The position numbers and the translations under genes are program-made. This document shows positions 38,071 through 49,165 of a DNA stretch of 64,000 nt, one piece after another; position 1 is the first letter of the stretch; every line of letters begins with the position of its first letter. The notes under the pieces are model-generated. The model was not told where the DNA came from. It was given only the letters and a program-made list of their open reading frames with translations, and did not search any database. The DNA is from Albugo candida (Eukaryota): the NCBI GenBank assembly GCA_040437565.1, contig JBDOQK010000017.1, positions 248,001 through 312,000 on the forward strand, in the 5' to 3' direction.

Positions 38071-40923
38071 CAGCGTGGGTGGTCTACTTGTAAGTGCACA
38101 CGTGTTTCTACTGTACGCACGCTGATTCAAATCTCATTGGGGTAAAATGGGCCGCGGTGGGGCTCCTCTTCGGATTAAAAGATTGTTCACGTAAATATCA
38201 GCCAAATCAATGGAGTTATGGACGTTCAAGACCGCTGGCAATTACAGCAGAAAGTAACTGTACAGAAGTTAGAACAGGCTCTCCAGAGCGTTACATAGTA
38301 GTGATTAGAATGTACAGCGGTAGATAACCATCAAACAGTTGTAATAAACGGTGTCTCAATGCAACTACAACGGGCGAACACCCTTACCTGAGATGGGTAG
38401 GACTCCATCACTTAAGTATTGGACTAAATGATGATATTACGCTTAGCGCAGCGGGGTGTTTTTTCATATACTGTAAGTTCTCGTGTTCTCGATCATTAGT
38501 ACTAACTGCAATCTTGATCTTTCATAGAATGCCATTGGTTTAAGAACTCACGAAACGACGGCGACTTTAATATTTGTGAACGGTTGCATTGGCGTCATAC
38601 TCGCGAAGATATCAGTCTTTGACAATTTCTGCAAGAATGGAAATAGAAACTCACGAAGTGTACAAGCATAGGCAGCTCATTCAGATACAAGTATATAATA
38701 AATTTGAAATGTGTCCTCAGATCGAGGATATATCTGACTCCGGAAATCTGACCGCAAGTAATGGTCTCGATTCCTGATCTCAAGCGTGGTATTATATGGG
38801 ACATAGCAAGCTTGCTTATTAGAATACCGCTACGCTTTGATTATATGCATAGAATGCTCACATGCTCAATTGAGTGAAAGTATCCCATTGCACTACTACC
38901 TCTCTATCTAGCAAAACCGAAGTGCGGTTTGAAGGATTACATTTTTTATCAGCTCGTGTCGACACCGCTCTTGTTCCTATATACGTTTCGCGACTCCAAT
39001 ACGGACGGATGAGAGATGTAATATGTATGCTCAATTTAAGGGTTGTGTTTTCTTTTCGCTAATTATCTTTTCGCCTTCGCTTCGTTATATAAAAGAATGA
39101 ATTGATCACGCTAATACATCTTCACCATGATTCTTGACATTGTTCATGGAAGTCACATACTACTCTTTTTCTACTTTATTGATGAGAATGTATCGTTCTT
39201 GACCAAACCCTTTCTAGTCCACCGGCAAAGCACCTCTGAATGGGTATGCAAGACTTCGAAAACTACCTCAACATTATTGTAAAATTTCCCTTCGCTTCAT
39301 AGTTTCCCAGTTGCTACCAAGATTATGATTAAGTGCCGCATTCTGCATTGCACGTGCAAAAACAAAACGATTATTACCATTGCCAACTGCTCATTATCAA
39401 GATGTAACATGGTATTGTTAGAAAATGCTTTCCCTTCTGCTCATAAAGTTTCTGAATCTTTTGATCATTTTCATCACTGACTCGTACATGATATGATATC
39501 AGGCACGAAAGTATAGTTGGATTAAGTCTGAATGCTGCTTGTTTCGATTTGGTCCCTATCAAAGTTAGATTATGATCTGATCAGAGGTAACACTTCTAGC
39601 TTCCTCCACTCCGTTCATTATGCCCATTTAAAAAACTTGTGACGCTACAAATGTAAAGAGCTCATAAGTTCGCATGCATAACTCCAAACTACGCAGTTTA
39701 ATTATTAAAATACGAGTGAGGGTGAATTCATGTCTAGACATGAAACGAACGGATGGATGAGTTCACTCACTGCGAAGAAAAAGTCAGTGAGCATATGTCT
39801 TTCTCGTTATTTAAGGCTGCTCCGATTCAATTGTTTGAAATTAGAATGTTCGAAGAAGCTACTTGGACAGACTATGGCATGCATCTCAATCAAACCTACT
39901 CATCATCTTCAGCAGAGATGCGTGTCGCGAAAATCTTTGCACTTCTAGAAAAAAGCTTATACATCGTATAATAACCCTTAATCAACCTGGTCGAGTGCAC
40001 ATGGTATGAGAAATGGTCCGTTAGTCATAATTGATTTATTTTTTCCTCCTGTCCGGTTCTTTATATTTTATTGAATTTCAGCCCTATCCTGTTGCGGAGG
40101 CTATGCTTATTTCTTAAAGATAGTTGTTTTGTTATGGGTATCTTGGCGTGTGACTTCACGGACATATAAATTGCTTTAAAAAAAATTCAGGACGTTATTT
40201 TCAGCACTTTTATTTCCACCGTGATGAATATGTGAATAAGTGGATTTGTCATAAGCTTGTATTGCACACATCGTGTTTATAATGAAAAAAATCAAACATC
40301 TAGTCTAGGCTTTTGGAAGTCGGAACCACTTTTTACTAAGGTATGACAGATTCACTGAGAACATTCAATGCTAATTATAAACCGTGCAAGCAAGTAACAG
40401 TTATATTGCGTGTCCACCCTTTCAATTTCCCCGACGACGTTCTGGGAAGTAAGATCAACCATATTCTAGTGTAGAAATAATCAAGAGAGTATAAAAAGAG
40501 ATACACACGGGTTTTTTTGTAATACGATATGCTTATCCTTGAACTGTATTCGCAACTTATTCGTCAATCGGTGGTTAAGTTTTGGAATTAAATCATTCAA
40601 ATCATAATATTACTCAAATACTGGGTGCGAAGAAACGTTATTTGCTTCAGATTTACCACTTTCGGGATTGGATGTGAGGCTAAAGCCTCTATCTGGATTC
40701 CAAATTCCCGCTCGACGCAGAAATGAAAATTTTCTCTGTGTTTGTTGCTCGGCGGTTCCATTTTTTCTCATGCTTGATGCATCTCATATTCAGAAGCTAA
40801 TTCAATGTTTACCAGAGAAAAAGGCAATACAATCGTCGATGACGGCTACAGGATAGGCAAATCCCTTCTGCAACTGATTATGTACACGCAGAATATTAGA
40901 GTGCTCTGATTAAACAAAACAAA

Positions 40924-42385
40924 ATGCCACTAAAACGCTTGTTTTGTCTGATTCTGATAGATCTTCTCTTTGTCAACTCAAAAGTAAGAGAAAAAAAACT
41001 TGAGATCACTTTCGTCTTACACTAGACTTTTGGCACTCACCAAAGGAAATATTGAGAAATGTCACGTCTGTCTTCTGGAAAAAGTTGGTGTCGAAGGCAT
41101 AAATCTGGTTGCCAGCAATAAAGATACGCATGTTTATCTGATCAAAGGTCGCAACACATTTATCGAGCTATTTCTTTTGCAATGCAACAACAGCGGGCAT
41201 TTTTGTCAGCTGCAAACTAACCTCAGAAACGTTCCCTCATACTCGTCAATTTCATTGCGAAACTATGAACTCGAGTATTCCATCTCTCTCTTTTCAATGA
41301 ATACTGACTACATCATACTGGAAGCGCCACGCGATTCTGTGATAGAGCTCTCTATTTTGAAATCGTATGGGGGTGCTGCTTTTTTCTTCTTCGATGAGAT
41401 ACAAACAATTCGTCGTAGCTCAAACTACGGGTTAAAAGGCAAGATGAACCTGATACAACGAAATGTGATGGATACTCTGACGAACTCTCCCTTAATAATA
41501 CCACTCATGAAGAAATATCTTCAAGCCTCACCAACAGAGAGTCGTTGCTTTTATTCTCAAACGAGAGGATTTCAGTGTGAACGCTGTTTAGCCGTTCATA
41601 GCATAACATTTGCACTTCACGCATATACATTCAAAACCCAGCGAAAAGGCTTCATCTTCGTGTTTGCATTTACGAGTTTATATGGCCGCAGAAGGATACA
41701 AAACGCTTGCGCGCTCACATACTGTACCGGTCTGAAGTCACTCTCTCTAACTGGTTGTTACAATCTGGCTCGTTGGTTCCCTCAGGACGAACAAGCATTG
41801 AAAAATGTTGCTGCTGCAGCAAAGCTTGAAAAGAATCGAGTTGAGCTGGTGAAACACGATCATATGCAAAGGCGCATTTCATCGGAAGCAGATATTTATT
41901 TTTTGGATATAGTATCACGTCCTGATGTCAAAAACCGTTCAAAATTTGAGGCAGATGAAAAACCGGGATCTCTCAGGATAATTCAAGATATCATGGCTAT
42001 AGAAACATTTCTCAATCAGCGCGAAATATCATACCTAAGCATACAATCAAGTCAGGCAACACGGCTTACGTTTCTGCACTGCTTGGTCAATGAAAGTGAG
42101 AAAGCGGGTGAGAAAAATATGGTTCTTCTTGTGAGAAGCTCATCTCTAATAAAGCAAGTCATTTATTTTGCCTCGTCTTGGGGAAAAGAAAGTGCCATGA
42201 TGCGATGCATCCTCAAACATCCTGGCACAAATATTGTCACTCAATCGAATGTCCGTTCTTTTTGTGAATATTACCGCACCAAATATAAAATTAACCCAAT
42301 AACGTATCCAGAATTATCTACGCTCAAGGAAATGAAACCGGAAACAAGCCTCTGTGTTCTCGCCTCTCACCCGGGCTTCAAATAA
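40924..42385 (+). pseudogene. CHxC/CCG-class secreted effector candidate with a frameshift at A8 (40991-40998); coding-like sequence continues past the stop to ~43050
   Basis: ATG 40924 gives signal-peptide-like MPLKRLFCLILIDLLFVNS. It is out of frame with the 461-aa ORF, which carries CHVCLLEKVGVEGINL (41060-41107), matching the Albugo CHxCLx4Gx5-6L motif at about residue 46. Confidence 0.78.
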
Positions 42386-44029
42386 GAATCATGTGGCGGA
42401 TGTATCAAAACCTTCCTAGATCCAGTAAACCAGGGATGTGAACGAGCGCATTCAACAGGTTCGAGTCTTTGAAGGAGTATTAACAACCAGAACGCCTGGA
42501 CCGTACTAGTTGATGTGTTATATACTTGCGTTCGAAGACGTCAATGCAGAACGCTGCAGATTTTTCCCGAAATAGTCTGCAAAATGCACGATCTTATCTT
42601 GGAAGCTAATAAAGGAGGTATGATAATAAACGAGAAGACAATGTCAAATTTCGCGCGACGAATGGATAGCGCTTGGCCCTTACGTAGTGTCGATATTACT
42701 CATCGCAAAACCTTACTTGAGCGCCCGGCTCTGATGGTCACATATGTAGCAACAAATCCAAAAGCATGCATCAGATGCCTAATACTTCGTACCCAGGTAC
42801 GAACCTAAAAAATATTCGTTTGGATACGTTTGGATGCATCAGAATCATGGTGACCTGCTCAGCCCATGCGTATCCGAAAATGTGTGCACAGAACTATGGT
42901 ATGACGAGAAGGTCGAATACCTTGATATCAGCGATGACATGCGCCCCTGGAGTGTTGAGGACGTTGGTGACGTCAATATATGAGACATATCCACCCATCA
43001 TCGTGCGCTCGTTGCTGTTCCAGAGCTGGTTGGCCGTTAGAATCTATTACCATTGAGCAGAAGATAGAGTTGTAGCTCAATAATTATACGACAATAAAAA
43101 AAGAAGTTCACCAGGATGTTCCGTTCAGATTTTTAGGATTCAATAACACAAGCTTTCTCACAGCACGGAAGGATTTTTTATGTCGAGCAACGAGAAGTGG
43201 TTTCACTAAAGATTGCAGCAAATGGTAGAACCTGCACGTATTTGCCGAATAGCAACATGAAAATGAGCCACTAGGTCGAGAATTACCTAGAATTCTTCCC
43301 CCGCTTCCTTAATCGAAGTCGGTATACAAGGCCTTTATTTAGACCTTCTAGCAACACTAGTTGGCTTTGATCGGCCTTACTGAAGATCATTCACCATATT
43401 CTTATTACATTGAGAAAAAAAGGGCAAAATTTTGATGGCTATTCAGCTTCGATCTTCGCCACTTCACTATTGTAAGCAATGTAATATTATAAAAAACAAC
43501 GGTATCACTTTCGTCAAAAATGCATGACACCAGGGCTATGACTACTGAGGTGATAGAATACGATTATAATGCATGAAAGAGCCATAGAATGTTGAGAACT
43601 TCTGACGTGAAAACGAATGCTCATAGCTCCTTCATGATCGTGAAGAGAAAGTGGGCGAAAAAGATGATCCAGCGGCACTACGAATTTACCAGAGGTTTTG
43701 GGTACCATGTTCAGCAAGTTGAGCTAAACAAGGAGCACCTTTGCGTATACTCTACACATCTAATGGATCATATATTTATATTATGGAGTATAGCTGTATG
43801 AGATGGCGCTTTATATCCTCCAAAACACCAAAACTAGAGCATTTTATATGTTTTTCGAAAGGCTTATCATGTTATGCTCGCAAGAAATTCAATATCTCGT
43901 GTTGAAGCTCTGCTTTTTGTTCGATTTGTGCTTTATACCTACATTTCAATCACTGTTTTAAATAAAGCATCTCCCAGCCATCTCGCAGAACATAATTTGA
44001 AATATACGAATTTGACATCGGTACCTTCT

Positions 44030-46571
44030 AAACCCGTTCAAATTCACAGAAAGACACGAAGTAAAAGGATAGAAACGAATCCGGTGACTTGTAGATTCCT
44101 GTGGATATTCACTACATTGATTTATGTCTGCTCAATACCGCATTAAACGCTCAGAATAGCGTTGAGTGATCAAAATGTATTTAAATACGGTTGCGACCCT
44201 CAAAGACTCTCCATTTACTGACTCAGTAGTCAATATGCTTAGAAACTCCGGGAGATCTCGGACATGGAAACAAAAAATCGATTTGATGAATTAAAACGAG
44301 ACGCAATCCATCGGTCTCGAAAGTTGGCCCACCAGAACAAGAATGAAGAGGATCATGCAAAACGTCGATCCATTGAGCGGGTTGAGTACGGAAAGCGGCA
44401 GGCGCAAGATACCAGTGAGCACATTGTAGACCGAGCGAGACTACGCCAAATATGCAAAGAAACAATCCCATTAGGCATTTTGGAAGTATAGCGACTCGGC
44501 GCATGAAAAGATGAAAAAAATTGGTAAACAACCGAGTGATGTCGGTCGCAATGTCAAAGAATGCTTGGGAGAGTATGGTGAAGCTGTTCGGTATCGTGTG
44601 GGAGGCCTCACCGACAAAGAGCTCGGTAGAAGGCATGCTGGAGGGGGTCAAGCTGGAGAGTTTTGGGAAAGCGTCAGTGACCGTGTTGGTGAATACAGCG
44701 AATCTGCTCGTGAGACCATGAGCGATTATGCTGAGGGTGCGCTGCAACGAAAATAAGACGCAAGGGATCACGAGCGTCGAGTTACAGAGAACGCAATGAA
44801 TCGAGCAGAGGAATTGGAGGAGATAACCAATGAGAAATTGGGCAATCTTAGTGAGCACAATCACGAGCAGTTGGATGAATGGAGCGCACGCGCAAGAGCG
44901 CGTACTAAAGATGCTCGTGAGTGGACAAATGACGCTCGAGAGCGAACCAAGGAAACTGCGGATCACGCGCAAGGAAGAGTCAAAGATACGGTGTACGGGA
45001 AGATGAATGCAGCAAAAGTTGCCGAGTTTCGGTGTGTGTCACTTCCGATGGGATATAAAGCTTGCACACATCACGCTGCGTGGATTGTTCATCTTCTCGC
45101 ATTTGCGATCGCGATTTTCCTTCATCGTCGTCGCAATCCAAAAAAATGGAAGGCAGCAGTGAAGAACATGAAGAAGAAGGAGAGGACGCTGGAAGGAATG
45201 ATGAAGGAAAGTAAAGATGCTACACTGCATTCTGTGCAGAGAGCTGATCAGGATCTCAAGCTGTTGTAATTAAAAGTGTGCCTCATCACAATTTCCAACT
45301 CCGTCTTTCCAAAAAAAAATGAATGTCGAGTAATTGAGGGAATAAAAAGACGCCCTCCACCCAACAATATTTCTTCTACCAATTAGATAAAAAATGCTTT
45401 GTCAAATTCTTTTGGATCGTTTACGTTTAAAAAAGGAGCAAATTGGAAATAGAAAGCGTTATCAGAGATTTAGAAGGTATAGAGGCTACCTAATAGAAGT
45501 CGTAATTTCTGAGGTAAACAAAAGGCAGTTTTTTCTGCTGCTGAAACAAGTGATGTTAGAAGACCTTTTACTTGCTCATGCGTTTTGGTGGTCCGATATC
45601 AAATATCTTCACCATTACTACAGTCAAGTCGTCAGAAGCTCCAATTGACGCAGTCAGGAACGTATATTTTTTAGTTGATGTATCGTCCATCTATTCACCC
45701 GACAGGTCGTGGTGAAAAAAAGCAGTGCTATGGTATGAGATCGATCACTTTTTAGGTAAACTGAAGGTTTTTACGCTTTTGTGTACAATCGCTTGATGAT
45801 GCAAGTTACTGAAAAAGAGTAACTCACAACATTACAACGTTTACATGGTAAGAGCTGGAGACTTAAAGGAAGATTGCAAGACTTGCTTGTCGTAGTTTAG
45901 CGCATCATTTAGCGTACTGTTTTCCGTAGGATTCGCCTCGTACGCATATTTTTCCCTAGTAGCGTTTTTATAAGCTTACTCTATTGAAGGCGTGGTAAAG
46001 TCATGTCTAGTTTCGCGCTGCAAAGTCATGTGTTAGATATTAGAAGATGCTCTTAAGTGACAGGAAATATTTTCTGAAAATACTTTAAAAGATTCTGCGA
46101 ATTGTCTGAAACCTTTCGGATACATGCAGTCTCAAAGGAAAGTACAAAGGAACAGATACAAACACATACTTAATTGTATACCTTGGTATTAGTGCGAGAC
46201 AGTTTGGGACGTTTTTTCTGCTACAACCGAGCATCAACTACTATTAGAAGCACTTAAGGTTCGTCGTATAGCGATAAGAACTAATATACCCACCGATTAT
46301 CCTTGCTCACATTGAAACAACCCGACATTCTCTCCCCATGTGCCAACGTGTCTTCAGAATGGAATGGTGAAGGCATATTGTGTATTACCAGGCGTATGGC
46401 TGTTATGGAACGATCTCACATTGGATAAAAGTTTGGTAGATTTAAAGCTAGTAGTCTTGCGCTGTCCAACAGCAGCATATTTTGATATAGAGCATTTGAG
46501 AGAAATGATCTGCATGGAACATGAAAAGTACCTAAATTATTATGCTGCTATATAGAGCTAAAAACCCAAAG
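44030..46571 (+). repeat. Segmental duplication block C (LEA + ORF X only)
   Basis: Direct-orientation homology to ~34257-36800. Confidence 0.85.
44264..45269 (+). pseudogene. LEA-like pseudogene (copy 2)
   Basis: Split into three ORFs (44264, 44511, 44796) that together align with the intact 339-aa protein. Confidence 0.88.
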
Positions 46572-49165
46572 TTGCTCTTGGATTCGTTGCGACGTATGTG
46601 ATCATCAAATCGGACGATTAAGTAAATTTTTGCGCTGAGTAATATCGACACTACGTGAAGGCCAAATGATATCCATTCGTCGCCCGAAATTTGAAATTGC
46701 CTTTTCATTTATTATCATACCTCCTGGATTAACTTTCAAGATAAGATCGAGCAGACGATTTCGGAAAGAATCTTTAGCGTTCTGCATTGATGTCTTCGAA
46801 CGCAAGTATCGACACATTAACTATTACGGTTCAGGATTTCTCGTTGTTAATACTCCTCTATAACCTCGAACCTGTTGAATGCGTTCGTTCACATCCCTCC
46901 TTTACTGGATCTAGAGAATTTTTGACACACGTACTAAATCATTCGTGTATGGTGGTCCGGGGGGAAGCGAAAACACAGAGTTTTGTTTCTGGTTTCATTT
47001 CCACGAGCGTGGATGATTCCTAATAGGTTATTGAGTTGATTTATATGTGGTGTGGTGATATTCGCAAAACTAACGGACATTCGATTGAGCGTCAGTATTT
47101 GAGCCAGAATGTTTGAGGAAGCATTGCATCAAGGCACTTTTCTTTCTCAGAGACGAGTCGAAATGAAAGTACTTGATTTGTTAGAGATAAACTTCCCACA
47201 ATAAGAACCATACTACTCTCACCCGCTTGTTTAACCAAGCAGTGCAGTATTTATAGTTATTTAAGTTGTTTCATTTGGCTTTCTGTACGCATAGGCAAGA
47301 TATTTCGTTCTGATTAAGAAAAGTCTCTATATCCATCATTTATTAGCTTAACTTAAGAGGTTCAGGTTCTGCATCTGCCTCAATTTCTGAATAGTTTTTG
47401 ACATCAGGACGTGATACTACATCCAAAAAATAAAGATCCACTTCCATTGGAATGCACCTGTGCATATGATAGTGCTTCACCATCTACATTTGATTCTTTG
47501 CCAGGTTTGCTGCAGTACTAACATCATCCAATGCTTGTTCATCCTGAAGGAACCAGCGATCCAGATTGTAAAAACCAGTTGAAGAGAGTGACCTCAGGCA
47601 GGTACAGTACTGGTGCTCGCAAGCTTTTTGTATACTTCTATGTCCATATAAACATTTAAATGCAAACACGAAAATGAGGCTTTTTCTTACGGTCTTAAAA
47701 GTATATCCGCGAAGTGCAAATGTTATGTTATGAATAGCTAAACATCGTTCACATTGAGATTTTGGGAACCGCTACTCAACCCCAACTTTTTGCTAACCAT
47801 CCTCCACTCCTCTTAAATACAGCACCCCAGGTTACGTTCCGAGGCACGAATATTGATTACATTACGAGGTGTTACCTTGACATTCGCATTGCGTATTTGT
47901 GCGACGATACGCTCAGGCGCCAGACCCGACCGTAAGTAATTTAAAATTTGTTGCCGCTCATCGATTTTGAGGGCCTGGCCTTGTGGATATAAGGCAGCAT
48001 CTACAAAAGTCTCGTGATTATGCTCAAGTTGATTGCCTCAACAACCCAGTGAACGAAGGATCCGTGTCCTATCATTCGGCAGATTATCATAGCAGACTTG
48101 CAGCCACTTCCACGGCTTCCGCGTACGCGTCTACGCTGCTGCGACATGGAAGTTGCATTCTCCGCACAAGAGCATTCAAGACCTATAGCTTTGATTTCAC
48201 CCTCTAAACGGTTTCCAACTCTCCTTGTTCTGTTGCAATAAAATTATGAAGCCCTCATCTTGAGATTGACGTATTACTACGAATCTATCCTGTTCTAAAG
48301 ACGCTTAAGTAGTATCGACGATGTCTTCAAACTGACTCATGGTTGGCAAAACAGAAGAGTTATGGTATGACGAAACTTGCCAGCTTTCGCGTTTCGTACG
48401 TTCTGTCCTATATTCAAATAAGGGTATTCTCTATTGCCAATCATAACTCGGAATCATAGCTTAGGGGTGCTGTATCCAAGAGGGGTGGGGGCTGCTGATT
48501 AGCGGTTCCTCGTTTGCGAATACGACTTACTGGTGGTGAGACGTAAAGAATTGGTTGCGGCGTTTTCCAATTTTGCTCCAAGAGTGGTACTTTATAGATA
48601 GCGATGGTCAGAGTATCCATCGCATTTCGTGTTATCAGTTTTATTCTGCTTTTCAATGCGTTGTTGAAGCTACGACGCATGGTTTGTATCTAATTGACGA
48701 AGAAAAAAGCAAGAACCCAATAAGACTTTTCAAGAGAGAGCTTTATGTCAGAATGGCGTGCCCCATCCGGTATGACATAGTCCATATGCAATGAAAAGAG
48801 AGATATAGAATACTCGAGTACATAGTTTTGCAATAAAATTGATTAGTATGGGGGAAACTTTTTGAGGTCAGTTTGAAGCTGACAAAAATGCCCACTGATG
48901 TTTCATTGCAAAGAAAATAGATCGATAAACGTGTTGCTACCTCTGATCAGATAAACAAGCGTATCTGTATGCTGGCAGCCAGACTTATGTCTTCGACACC
49001 AACTTTTTCGAGAAGACAGACGTGACAATCCTCCGTATTAGTTTGGGTGAGACCCAAAAGTCTAGTGTAAGACGAAAGTGATCTCAATCTTCTACTTCCT
49101 CTTAATTTTGAGTTGAAAAAAAGGAGATCCACGAGAATCAGAAATAGTAAGCGGTTTAGAGGAAT
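46572..49165 (-). pseudogene. Second CHxC/CCG effector copy, pseudogenised
   Basis: CHVCLLEKVGVEDISL (CHVCLLEKVG at 48998-49027) is in frame with the signal-like LNRLLFLILVDLLFFNS. The start is ATT rather than ATG, there are many stops and a 745-bp insertion, and the 3' end is truncated at ~46572. Confidence 0.85.
47765..48509. mobile_element. Non-autonomous TIR element inserted in the CHxC pseudogene
   Basis: 14-bp TIRs GGAACCGCTA(C/A)TCA. The segment is absent from the paralog at ~41565, and no transposase motif was recognised. Confidence 0.7.

Larger units (their letters stand above)
34400..42770 (+). repeat. Segmental duplication block A (LEA - decayed ORF X - decayed ORF Y - CHxC gene)
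   Basis: Colinear, diverged homology with 46572-54247 on the opposite strand, and with 44030-46571 for the first part. Confidence 0.88.

Noticed and set aside
44223..44972. 249-aa minus-strand ORF (also 53465-53971, 57261-57737, 60856-61395)
   Set aside because: These are antisense shadows of repetitive or conserved coding sequence on the other strand.
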